48,254 bases of DNA from an uncultured Lentisphaerota bacterium (GTDB taxonomy: Bacteria; Verrucomicrobiota; Kiritimatiellia; CAIQIC01; JAGNIJ01): contig CALMZY010000386.1 of the NCBI GenBank assembly GCA_937870865.1, positions 1 through 48,254 on the forward strand. Direction: 5' to 3'. The translations under genes were made by a program, and so were the position numbers. Under the pieces are notes generated by a model, which had not been told where the DNA came from, ran no database searches, and saw only the letters and a list, made by a program, of their open reading frames with translations. Below, in pieces: positions 36,512 through 45,179 of this stretch; position 1 is the first letter of the stretch; the number at the start of each line of letters is the position of its first letter.

Positions 36512-39500
36512 ATGAAATTTCGGAATCCATTCTATTCGGTCCAAGCGCGGATGATGCTTCTTCTCGTCGCGCTTGCGTGGCCGGGCAACCAGGTTTTTTC
36601 TGCGGAAGAAGAATCCGCGAGATCGGTTGCCGAGTCGCGTGCGGCGCAGGCGCAGGAGCTGAGCAACCTTCGCGAGGAATACGCCGCAAAAGCCCGCCAG
36701 CCGGGCGCCGACCAGGCGAAGCTGTTGTCCGAGTACAAGGCCCGGTACGAAGCCATCCGGCAGAAGTTTCTCGCCGCGGATACGCGCGCGGCTGAAATCC
36801 AGGACATCAAGGATCGTTTCCGGGGCGAGATCGAGAATACCGGAAGCAATCCGAAGGACGTGCGGGCGGACGTTGATCTGGCGGCAAGGAATGAGCAAGC
36901 CGCGAGGACTTTGGCGGAAGAATGGCGCGCGAAGGGCGACGTTGTCGTGGAGACCCCCACGAAGTATGTGAACCAGACGCGCGATGCCACGCTCTGGCGG
37001 CCCGAAACGCCTGAAATCAAGCAGGCCAAGGTGGAGGACCTCGATGCTTTTTCCACCGAAGGGGGACAGGAGGGTACGGGCAACAAGTCCGCCGTTCGCG
37101 ACGAACTCGGCTGGCAGATCGACAACGAAAAGAAGCTCCTGCACGCCCAGAACGACGGCGATCTCAAGACGGGCGCCAAGAGCGTGGACAAAGCCGCCGA
37201 GGCCGCCGGCCGGAAGGCGCAGAATCCCGAATTCTACAGGAAGGCCGAAGTCCTGCGCCAGTACGGCGATGACGTCCAGGCCGGCATCACCGACCTCGCC
37301 GACACTCCCGAAGTCCGCAAGCAGAAGCTCGATGCCTGGAGGGAAGAAGCGCGCATTGAGATGGATAAGTCCCGCGCCGTGGCCGAACGCCGCAGCGCCC
37401 TGCGCGACGATGTCCGGGCGGATTTCCAGAGAGCGCTCGAGAATGCGACGCCCGCCGATCCCGCCAACCGTGACGCCAACTTCCGCGACAGCGCCGCCAT
37501 CGGCGACGAGCGCGTCCGCGTGCGCGAGTCGAATCTCGCCGCCGAACGCATGAACGAGACGCTGCGCGCGGAGAGCGGCGGAAAAACGACGATTGAGGCG
37601 GGCGGCAGAGGTTCGACGGTTCGCGAAGGAACGACGACGCGCATCGGAGAGCCAGCGCCAGATGTGGTCACCACCATCAAGCCGGGGGAGGCAGGTCCGA
37701 TCGCGCGCAACACGACGATCGGCCAGCCGTCGCCGCAGGCGGCGGAAAGCGTGGCGGGGTCCGTTCCGGATTCGTCCGGCGTCGGCGACGTGGTGCCCGT
37801 AGAACCGCCGGGCTCTCTTTCCTCTTCGGCCGGCTCATCCGGCGGACGGCCCAGCCTCGATCAGTTCACGCCGAAGATCGATCCGTCGCAGGTGCAGATG
37901 CCTGGGCGGATCGAGCGAACAACCCGTTACGTTTCGGGCGATCCTGCCTTGGCCGATCTCGCCGAGCCCGGCGTCAAGCACGTGCAGGCCCCTCCGCCGA
38001 ATCCGGAACTGGCGGAGCTTGTCCGGAACATTCCATCACAGCCCTCGAAGCCGGCGGCTCCCGTGGATGTTCAAATGCCGGGTCCCGTTGAGCGGCCGAC
38101 GCGCTACGTCTCGGGCGATCCGGCGCTGGCCGATCTCGCCGAGCCCGGCGTCAAGCACGTGCAGGCCCCTCCGCCGGACGCGGACCTCGCAGCGCTCGCG
38201 CGGGGCGACTACAAGCCGCCTGCCCGGTCAGGAGGCGCGAACGCGGGCGAGCAGACGGTTCTGAGTTCGGGAAGCCAGGGCCCCAATCTTGGCGAAGGCA
38301 CGCCGACCACGGTGAAGGGAACGGAAACGAGGCTCAGTTCCGGCAGCACGGGTCCGAACATGGGCGAAGGTACGCCGACGAAACTTCAGCCTGCTGACAC
38401 GAGACTCAGTGCGGGAAGCAGCGGTGCCAACCTGGGAGAGGGAAGTCAGACCCGGCTCAGCGGTGTGCAGCCGGAAGCGACTACGGCCATCGAGCCCGGC
38501 GGTTCGGGGCCGAGGGTGGCTGAAGGATTAACGACGCGCGCCGGAGGGCCAGCCGCCAACACCGCGATCGAACCGGGCGGCTCAGGCCCGCAAGTGCGTT
38601 CGGGCACGAAGACGGCTCTGGGCGAAGCGTCCGTTTCTTCCGCCGGCGGAGTCAACCGGCCCAGCCTTCAGGATTTCGCGCCGCAGATCGATCCCTCGCA
38701 GGTGCAGATGCCGGGGCGCGCGGAGCCGACAGTGAAATACGTGAAGGGGGATCCCGTTCTCGCGGATTTGGCCGAGCCGGGAGTGAGGCACTTGCAGGGC
38801 GGGCCGGCTCCGGGCGATCCGACACTGGCGGACCTGCTCAAGGGAGGCAGCAAGCCTCGCGGCGGTGGGGCGGGCGCTGCGGCAGACACGGTGATCGGCG
38901 GAGAAGGGTCCGGCGGCGCGCGTGCGGGCGAGGGAACCCCGACGAAAGTCGGGCAGGCGCAGACGACGATCAACCCTGAAGGTCCGGGCGGGCCGAACAG
39001 GGGCGAGGGGAGCACCACCAAGGTTCGCGAAGGCGCCGGGTCGACGGAAGCAGCCGGCCCCAAGGCGGAAGGTCCCAGGATTCGCAAGATTCTAAACGTG
39101 GCGAACGAAGTAGTCGGCGGCATGGCCGTCGCCGGCCAGCTTGGCGAAGCCGGCACGAAACAGGCCGGCGATGTAATTGACGAGAACAGGGATTTCACGG
39201 TGGGCGATGCGGGCGAGGCCCTGGTGGAAGGCGCCGGCATTCCGAGCATGTACCAGATGGGCCGCGACATCTCGGCCGAAGAGCAGATCCGGGTGCAGCA
39301 GGGGCAGCAGGGGCAAGCCGCCGCGCTGGGCCGCACGTACGTGCGGATGGCTGACAAAATGGCCCATGAAATGATCAACGATCCGGTTGACCGTGCCATC
39401 GCCGAGGAGGAAGCGCGCGCGGCGGCGGCCGGCGAGGAGCCCGACTACACGCGCAGCACATACAATGCCGCAACGGACGTCGGCGGCAAGTTCACGGGGC

Positions 39501-42500
39501 TTGGAGCGCTCGCGAACGCGGTCGAGGAAACGACGACGTGGGACGAGCGCGCCGACTACGCGGCCCAGCGCGGCGCGATGGACCAGTTTGTGGACGAGAA
39601 CGTGGGCCGCAGTTCCACCCGCATCCGCAACCTGCAGGGCGAGATCGAACAGCTGAGCCTCACCGGCGACATGAACGATCCCGACACTGCCGCGCAGATC
39701 GAGCAGCGCATCGCGCAGATGGACGCCGAGTACGACAAGCTGAACCGCGTCTCGGGCATGGCCCAGCGCACGCTCGGGCAGGAGTCGGCCCAATCCGTCG
39801 ACCAGCAGATCGCCAGCCTGCCGCGCCGGGATGATTTTACGGGTTACATCGACGAGAACGTCACTGCGCGGGGCGGGAAGATCGATTCGACCCGGCCCGC
39901 GGGCACGGAGCGCGCCACGGCGCCGGGTTCGGACACCGGAGCGCAGGCGGACCTCGATATCGCGCCCGCGGATGAGCAGAGACTGGTGAACTCGACAGCC
40001 TCCGCCGGGCTGACGACGGTCGGATCGCCGCAGCAGGCCGGCGCGCCTTCGCTGACGGACGCGCTTCGCGGCATCGGCGACCGGATCAAGAACGAGGCGG
40101 AGAACCAGGTCATCAAGGAGGTCACGAGCAATCCTCAGCCGTACGTGCGCGGCGCCCTGCAGGGGCTTAACGCGGAGAGCGACGACTCGCGGCGCATCCG
40201 GCAGATGTACAATTCCGCGCCCGAGGGCAGCGACGACCGCAGGCAGTTGAACGGACTCTTCGAACAGCTTCGTGACGCGCGGACACCGGAGCAGCGCGCC
40301 GCGGCCCAGGCGGAAATCGAACGCTGGTCCGACAAGTACCCGCCCCCGGCGACAGCGCCGGCGACGGTGCCCGTCCTGCCGACCAAGGACGATCTCCTGA
40401 CCGATCGCAACCAGAGCGCCGACAGGGTCCGGCAGCACAACGAATATATCAACCAGCTCCAGCAGAACGGCGGCAGCAAAGAGGATATTGAGTCGGCTCA
40501 GTGGATCCGCGACCAGGAGCAGCAGCGTCTGGAGGGGTATGACCGGAGCTTGAGCAGCGGCGAATTCCAGCAACCTGCCGCGCCCGCGGAATCGTCCGCG
40601 CCGCCTTCGCCCGCGACGACTGCGTCCACACTCGCGCCGGCCGGCGCGGCGCCCGAAGAGGTGCCGGCCGAACCGGAGGAGCCGAGGTCGGCGAGCGGCT
40701 ACACCGCGGGCCAGCTGCAGAACGACAACTACAACATGCAGAACCTCGCGGACGATGCGCAGAACCGGATCAACAACCTGCAGCAACAAATGGCCGACAG
40801 CCACAACAGCACTGAACGGCGCGATCTCCAGGAACAGATCGACAAGGAGCGCGCGGAGCTGAACAGCCTCCAGGAGCGCATTGACGGGAACAATGCCGAG
40901 CTGACGGAGATGGGCGCCGAAACGGGAGACGGCGTCAAGCCGCCGCCGTCGCCGTGGACCGAGGAGCAGTTGCAGAACGACAACTGGAATATGCAGAACC
41001 TGGCCGAGGGCACCCAGAACCGGATCGACAACCTCGAGCAGCAACTTGCGGCGAGCCGTGACGGCTCCGAGCGCAGGGATCTTCAGGAGCAGATCGACAA
41101 GGAGCGCGCGGAACTGAACAACCTCCAGGAGCGCATGGATGGGAACGACGCCGCCCTGACCGCGATGGGCGCGGAGCCGGGCACCGGCGAGCAGGTCGAG
41201 ATCGGGCCATGGTCGCAGGAGCAATTGGAGAACGACAACTGGAACATGCAGAACCTTGCGGAGCGCACGCAAGGACGGATCGACGATCTTGAGCAGAGGA
41301 TCAGGGACAGCCGCGACGGTTCCGAGCGCCGGGATCTTCAGGAACAGCTGGATCGAGAGCGGGCAGAACTGGGCGGGCTTCAAGAGAGAATCGACGGGAA
41401 CAACGAGCAGTTGGGCGCGATGGCGGCCGCCGGCGGTGCCGGAGAGGAAGAGCAGGGGGACACCGAGGGGCAGGACGACAGCTCCGAGTCCGCCGCCGAA
41501 TCGGCCGGTTCGTCCGTGTTCGACGGCGCCGGCGCCGACTCTGCCGATGCCACAGATGAAATGTGGACAGAGGACGAGCCTGCCGGCGACGAAGAATCGG
41601 ATGTTGATGACGAGCCGGACGCCGATGGTGAGCAACTGGCCTCCGATGAACCCGAGTACGGCGAGGGCGACGACGGGTACGATTCCGGGGATGTGGATCC
41701 AAACACCGAAGGGGGCATCCAGCAATTTGCCGAAGCCACGGAGAGCCGTCTGGGCGCGGACGGGAGCGCCGAGATGAATATCATCAGGGTATCGTCGGAC
41801 GGGCGCATTGCCGAGACTCGCAGCGATGCCGAGGCAAACAACGCGGACAACATCCGGGATCAGGGCGGCGCGGAAGCCCAGCAGACCGTCAACGAAGCCG
41901 CGACGGAAGTCGCCGCCGGCGATCGCCAGGACAGTTGGGGCAATGTGATTGGGAATTCCGCGCAGACGGGCTTTGAACAAGGCGGCCAGGCGCTCGGTAC
42001 TGCGCTGGGAGGGTCCGGCGCGGATCATGTATCGGGCCAGGCCTTCGGGTCGAAACCGTCTTCCGGTTCGGATTCCGGCAGTGGTGAAGGCAATGAAAAC
42101 GGCGACGACGCGGGCCAGGGCGATGCCGTCGCAACGGGTTCGTCTCCCGCCGTCCCGCCGCCCGCGCCCCCTCCGGTCAGCATGCCCCCGCCGTCTTCTC
42201 CTTCGCCGGCGCCGGCCGCGCCTTCGACGCCTTCGTCCGGCTACGGTAATTGTCCCAGATGCAATATTCCTTTTATCCAGTGTTCGGATGGCGCCTGGCG
42301 ATGTCCGAATTCGGCATGGGTGAGGCAGAATCCCGGCGGGGCACGGCCACCCGCAGCGCCCGCTCCCGCTCCGACGCCGGTGGTGGTGCCGAGTCCGACC
42401 TATGGGCCGCTGTTGCAGCAGACGCAACCGAACCTGACGCCTGTCCAACTGAACGCGGCTGGCGAGCCGATGTTCGCGCCGGGGCAGAATTTCGGGAACA

Positions 42501-42535
42501 CGTACCCGGTTCCCTACGGAGGTCCCACCCGGTAA
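36512..42535 (+). CDS. Giant exported low-complexity protein 3 (2007 aa from ATG 36512; locus gene 6)
   Basis: GGAGGG RBS. Signal peptide MKFRNPFYSVQARMMLLLVALAWPGNQVFSA. Several internal repeat families and an acidic tract precede the conserved DSWG-type module (41930-42050), a Pro-rich linker and a CxxC...C...C motif (42247-42310). Confidence 0.8.
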   Translation: MKFRNPFYSVQARMMLLLVALAWPGNQVFSAEEESARSVAESRAAQAQELSNLREEYAAKARQPGADQAKLLSEYKARYEAIRQKFLAADTRAAEIQDIKDRFRGEIENTGSNPKDVRADVDLAARNEQAARTLAEEWRAKGDVVVETPTKYVNQTRDATLWRPETPEIKQAKVEDLDAFSTEGGQEGTGNKSAVRDELGWQIDNEKKLLHAQNDGDLKTGAKSVDKAAEAAGRKAQNPEFYRKAEVLRQYGDDVQAGITDLADTPEVRKQKLDAWREEARIEMDKSRAVAERRSALRDDVRADFQRALENATPADPANRDANFRDSAAIGDERVRVRESNLAAERMNETLRAESGGKTTIEAGGRGSTVREGTTTRIGEPAPDVVTTIKPGEAGPIARNTTIGQPSPQAAESVAGSVPDSSGVGDVVPVEPPGSLSSSAGSSGGRPSLDQFTPKIDPSQVQMPGRIERTTRYVSGDPALADLAEPGVKHVQAPPPNPELAELVRNIPSQPSKPAAPVDVQMPGPVERPTRYVSGDPALADLAEPGVKHVQAPPPDADLAALARGDYKPPARSGGANAGEQTVLSSGSQGPNLGEGTPTTVKGTETRLSSGSTGPNMGEGTPTKLQPADTRLSAGSSGANLGEGSQTRLSGVQPEATTAIEPGGSGPRVAEGLTTRAGGPAANTAIEPGGSGPQVRSGTKTALGEASVSSAGGVNRPSLQDFAPQIDPSQVQMPGRAEPTVKYVKGDPVLADLAEPGVRHLQGGPAPGDPTLADLLKGGSKPRGGGAGAAADTVIGGEGSGGARAGEGTPTKVGQAQTTINPEGPGGPNRGEGSTTKVREGAGSTEAAGPKAEGPRIRKILNVANEVVGGMAVAGQLGEAGTKQAGDVIDENRDFTVGDAGEALVEGAGIPSMYQMGRDISAEEQIRVQQGQQGQAAALGRTYVRMADKMAHEMINDPVDRAIAEEEARAAAAGEEPDYTRSTYNAATDVGGKFTGLGALANAVEETTTWDERADYAAQRGAMDQFVDENVGRSSTRIRNLQGEIEQLSLTGDMNDPDTAAQIEQRIAQMDAEYDKLNRVSGMAQRTLGQESAQSVDQQIASLPRRDDFTGYIDENVTARGGKIDSTRPAGTERATAPGSDTGAQADLDIAPADEQRLVNSTASAGLTTVGSPQQAGAPSLTDALRGIGDRIKNEAENQVIKEVTSNPQPYVRGALQGLNAESDDSRRIRQMYNSAPEGSDDRRQLNGLFEQLRDARTPEQRAAAQAEIERWSDKYPPPATAPATVPVLPTKDDLLTDRNQSADRVRQHNEYINQLQQNGGSKEDIESAQWIRDQEQQRLEGYDRSLSSGEFQQPAAPAESSAPPSPATTASTLAPAGAAPEEVPAEPEEPRSASGYTAGQLQNDNYNMQNLADDAQNRINNLQQQMADSHNSTERRDLQEQIDKERAELNSLQERIDGNNAELTEMGAETGDGVKPPPSPWTEEQLQNDNWNMQNLAEGTQNRIDNLEQQLAASRDGSERRDLQEQIDKERAELNNLQERMDGNDAALTAMGAEPGTGEQVEIGPWSQEQLENDNWNMQNLAERTQGRIDDLEQRIRDSRDGSERRDLQEQLDRERAELGGLQERIDGNNEQLGAMAAAGGAGEEEQGDTEGQDDSSESAAESAGSSVFDGAGADSADATDEMWTEDEPAGDEESDVDDEPDADGEQLASDEPEYGEGDDGYDSGDVDPNTEGGIQQFAEATESRLGADGSAEMNIIRVSSDGRIAETRSDAEANNADNIRDQGGAEAQQTVNEAATEVAAGDRQDSWGNVIGNSAQTGFEQGGQALGTALGGSGADHVSGQAFGSKPSSGSDSGSGEGNENGDDAGQGDAVATGSSPAVPPPAPPPVSMPPPSSPSPAPAAPSTPSSGYGNCPRCNIPFIQCSDGAWRCPNSAWVRQNPGGARPPAAPAPAPTPVVVPSPTYGPLLQQTQPNLTPVQLNAAGEPMFAPGQNFGNTYPVPYGGPTR
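37895..38176 (+). repeat. 177-nt-period direct repeat in giant gene 3, including a 49-nt perfect copy
   Basis: ggccgatctcgccgagcccggcgtcaagcacgtgcaggcccctccgccg occurs at 37951-37999 and again at 38128-38176. The units encode QMPG..ER.TRYVSGDPALADLAEPGVKHVQAPPP. A diverged third unit lies near 38690-38800. Confidence 0.9.
40712..41440 (+). repeat. About 2.9 tandem copies of a 255-nt (85-aa) unit in giant gene 3
   Basis: Unit starts are at 40712, 40967 and 41222. Consensus: QLQNDNWNMQNLA..TQNRIDNLEQQ...SRDGSERRDLQEQIDKERAELN.LQERIDGN...L..MGAE. Confidence 0.9.
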
Positions 42536-42618
42536 TCGGATGGCTTCGGCTCCTGCATGATTGTATTTGGCTATTCAGTTTGTTATCAACGCTTTCATAC
42601 GGAACGGAGGGAACGCGC

Positions 42619-43203
42619 ATGCGCGTATCATTGCGGACACTGGGTTCGATCATTGTCATTTCCATCCTGGCCGGTTGTGCATCAACCGACGAGAAGTACT
42701 TCCTCGAAACCGACTCCGACGCCAATGTGTACGTGGCGCCCTCCGGCTGTCGCAGCATTTCCAAGATCGCGATCATGCCGTTCAAGGGGCCGACGGAGTT
42801 GATCGGTCAGTCGGTGTCCGACATGTTCGTGACCGAGATCCTCCGGTCCCAGTACTACGAGCTGGTTGAGCGCAGCCAGATGGCCAACGTGCTGAACGAG
42901 TCCGAACTGGCGCTGTCGGGCCTTTCCGCGACCAAGGCCGCGGAAGTGGGCGGAATGATGGGCGCGGATGGCGTGATGATCGGCACGGTTTCGGAGTACG
43001 AAACCGTCGCGCACCGCGGGAAGCCCATCCCGGTGGTCGGCATTTCGGCCCGGCTGATCGACTGCAAATCCGGCAAGATCATATGGAGCGTGGATCTGGC
43101 AAAGCGGGCGTCGTCGGGCGGCATGACGCTGTCGGAACACGGCCGCGACGTGGTCCATGAAATGATGGCGGGCCTGTACAGGAAACTGCGAAGCGCGAGG
43201 TAA
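42619..43203 (+). CDS. CsgG/HfaB/LpoB-like lipoprotein, stand-alone paralogue of the N-terminal module of locus gene 2 (locus gene 7)
   Basis: ATG 42619 follows GGAGGG. Lipobox ILAGC. By hand alignment, 123 of 169 positions are identical to residues following the lipobox of the 25146 gene. The upstream part of the track ORF (42250-42618) overlaps the end of giant gene 3. Confidence 0.8.
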   Translation: MRVSLRTLGSIIVISILAGCASTDEKYFLETDSDANVYVAPSGCRSISKIAIMPFKGPTELIGQSVSDMFVTEILRSQYYELVERSQMANVLNESELALSGLSATKAAEVGGMMGADGVMIGTVSEYETVAHRGKPIPVVGISARLIDCKSGKIIWSVDLAKRASSGGMTLSEHGRDVVHEMMAGLYRKLRSAR

Positions 43204-43209
43204 ACGAAC

Positions 43210-44040
43210 ATGCATCATCCTCTTCGAACCGTCTTTGCCGCCGCGGCCGCCGCCTTGCTTTCCTTCAAGGTCCTGGCCGCATCCGCGCCGCACGTCATGC
43301 TCCTGATCGACGAGAAAAGCCTGGGCACCATCGCCACGTCCGAAATCGAAGCGATGGCCGTGCAGATGCTGCTGGACAACAACCTCCGGGTCGTGGACCA
43401 GGACATGGTCCGCGCGAATCTGAAGAAGGACCAGCAGATGCTGAAATCCGTCGGCGACAACCGCGGCGCGGCCGCGCTGGGCCTGCAGTACGGCGCGGAG
43501 ATCATCATCGTGGGCGAGGCGGTGGCCAAGCCGTCCGCGCGCCGCATCGCCGAGAGCAATCTCCGGACGTACCAGGCCGTGGTCACCCTTCGAGCGATCC
43601 GGACGGACAACTCGCAGACTCTCGGGTCGGCGTCCGAGACGGCATCCATCGTGGCGCTTGAAGATGTGGGCGGGAGTTCGCAGGCCCTGAAGGGGGCCGG
43701 GAAACCGGCGCTTGAGAAGCTGATTCCCGCGATGGTCGCGAAGTGGGAGGCCGTCGGCGGCTCGGAGGGCGGCAATTCGATCAACGTGACCATCGGCGGG
43801 ATCGACCAGGCGTGGAAGCTCAAGGCGGTCCGCGAGTGTCTGCGCGGCATGACCGACGTCATCGTGAACGTCGTCCAGCGCAGTTACACGGCGGGCATGG
43901 CGGTGTTCGAGGTCGAATCGGTGGTCCCCACCCAACAGTTGTCCGAGAAACTGGTCATGGCCGCGCCGTCGGGCCTGAAGTTCCAGGTGCTGGATGTGGG
44001 CGCGGCGAAAATTCAGATCCGGGCCGTGGCCGCCAAGTAG
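43210..44040 (+). CDS. Exported protein of unknown function (locus gene 8)
   Basis: Signal peptide MHHPLRTVFAAAAAALLSFKVLAAS. The N-terminal half (HVMLLIDEKSLG...AVQMLLDNNLRVVDQDMV...LGLQYGAEIIIVGEAV) follows the same strand-helix pattern as the CsgG/LpoB-like modules. The start lies 6 nt after the previous stop. Confidence 0.7.
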   Translation: MHHPLRTVFAAAAAALLSFKVLAASAPHVMLLIDEKSLGTIATSEIEAMAVQMLLDNNLRVVDQDMVRANLKKDQQMLKSVGDNRGAAALGLQYGAEIIIVGEAVAKPSARRIAESNLRTYQAVVTLRAIRTDNSQTLGSASETASIVALEDVGGSSQALKGAGKPALEKLIPAMVAKWEAVGGSEGGNSINVTIGGIDQAWKLKAVRECLRGMTDVIVNVVQRSYTAGMAVFEVESVVPTQQLSEKLVMAAPSGLKFQVLDVGAAKIQIRAVAAK

Positions 44041-44052
44041 GGAGGGTCAATC

Positions 44053-45060
44053 ATGTCATCCTTCTGCAAACAGGCGCTCGTCGCCGTTCTTTCAATCCTG
44101 GCTGTTTCCGCGTTCGCTTCGGTTGACGAAGCCTCTCTCGACGCCTCCGTGCTCGGGCAGTGCTATCTGAAATTCATGCTCTTCCAGCAGGTGGCCGCGC
44201 AGGCGGACACAGTCGCCGCCGCCGCGCCGCAGGCGGACCAGGATCAGATCAAGAAGGCGGCGGCCGATTGGTCGGCGGCGAAGACGCGCTCGGTCCGCAC
44301 GATGCTGACGGCACGCTTCCCGGACGACGCGCGGGCGAAGTTCGAGCAGTTTGTGGCGGATTACACCACGGCGGAGAAAGCCGGCGATCCGCAGTTTCTT
44401 GCCCGGATCAGCGAAGCGTTTGGTTTCTCGCCCGCGCCCGCCGACTACGCTTCCCTGCGCAAGTCGGCGATCGATTCCTTCCTCCAGCCGGACATGGCCG
44501 AAGGCTCTAAGTGGCTCGGTGAAATACAGACGTGGGTCGACGTCCGCGGCAAGACGCCCGGCACGCCCGACTTGGCCGTCTGGCTGACGCGCGACCAGCC
44601 GGCGGCGGCACCGGCGAAACCGGCGAAGAAGAAACCGGTCAAGAAACCGGACTCGCTGGAGGCGGCCGAGGCGGGCCTCGGCGAATTCACGGCCGGGGAG
44701 GAAGAGGTCTCCAACCCGCTGGACAGCTTCGACGAGATGCGCAAGAACCGCAGCGAGAGAAAACTTGAAGAGGCGCAGGCCGGGATGGAGCAGGTGGCGA
44801 GCGAGCGCGAGGCGGCCGAGCAGGAATACGCCGCCAAGAAGACCGCCGCGGCCCAGGCCGAAGCGGAGGCGATGAAGCGGCACGCCGACAAGCTGGCCGC
44901 CACGGAAAAGGACGCTTTGGAGCAGAGGAAGAACAGCTGGGTCAACCGGCTGAAATCCATCGTGGGCGCGACTGTCAGCGCGGCCACCGGGGCGTTCACG
45001 GGCGGCATCGGCACGCGCGCCGGACAGGAAGCCGCCAACGCCATTTTTGAATCCAATTAA
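44053..45060 (+). CDS. Exported protein sharing the C-terminal module of the giant proteins (locus gene 9)
   Basis: GGAGGG RBS. Signal peptide MSSFCKQALVAVLSILAVSAFA. A Lys/Pro linker and an E/A/K-rich helix precede the terminal NSWVNRLKSIVGATVSAATGAFTGGIGTRAGQEAANAIFESN, which aligns to the DSWG modules. Confidence 0.7.
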   Translation: MSSFCKQALVAVLSILAVSAFASVDEASLDASVLGQCYLKFMLFQQVAAQADTVAAAAPQADQDQIKKAAADWSAAKTRSVRTMLTARFPDDARAKFEQFVADYTTAEKAGDPQFLARISEAFGFSPAPADYASLRKSAIDSFLQPDMAEGSKWLGEIQTWVDVRGKTPGTPDLAVWLTRDQPAAAPAKPAKKKPVKKPDSLEAAEAGLGEFTAGEEEVSNPLDSFDEMRKNRSERKLEEAQAGMEQVASEREAAEQEYAAKKTAAAQAEAEAMKRHADKLAATEKDALEQRKNSWVNRLKSIVGATVSAATGAFTGGIGTRAGQEAANAIFESN

Positions 45061-45179
45061 GAGCCGGTTCGCAATCCCATGGAGGCCATGACGCGAGTTG
45101 TTGTGCGGAAGCAAGGAAGGACCTCTGCGGGCCTTTTCATTGTACAGCCGCCTTGTCCGGCGCACATCGATCAGCCATC

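Noticed and set aside
33490-41440. Repeat arrays inside the giant genes considered as possible CRISPR arrays or satellite DNA.
   Set aside because: Periods are multiples of 3 and in frame with long ORFs. The copies are diverged rather than identical repeats with unique spacers. No cas genes or leader are present.
28245-42535. Known sorting or secretion tags on the giant proteins: PEP-CTERM, LPXTG, T9SS-type CTD, autotransporter or TPS beta-barrel, RTX nonapeptides and T1SS signal, and classical adhesin repeats.
   Set aside because: None of these patterns is visible. The C-termini end in Pro-rich plus Cys4 motifs rather than a hydrophobic-basic tail or a beta-barrel. There are no GGxGxD runs. 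This is why the locus is treated as not fitting described classes.
45115-45141. Possible weak terminator (AAGGACC-tctgc-GGGCCTT-TTCATT) between locus genes 9 and 10.
   Set aside because: The stem has only 6 of 7 pairs and the U-tract is poor. It is not strong enough to claim that gene 10 is a separate transcription unit.
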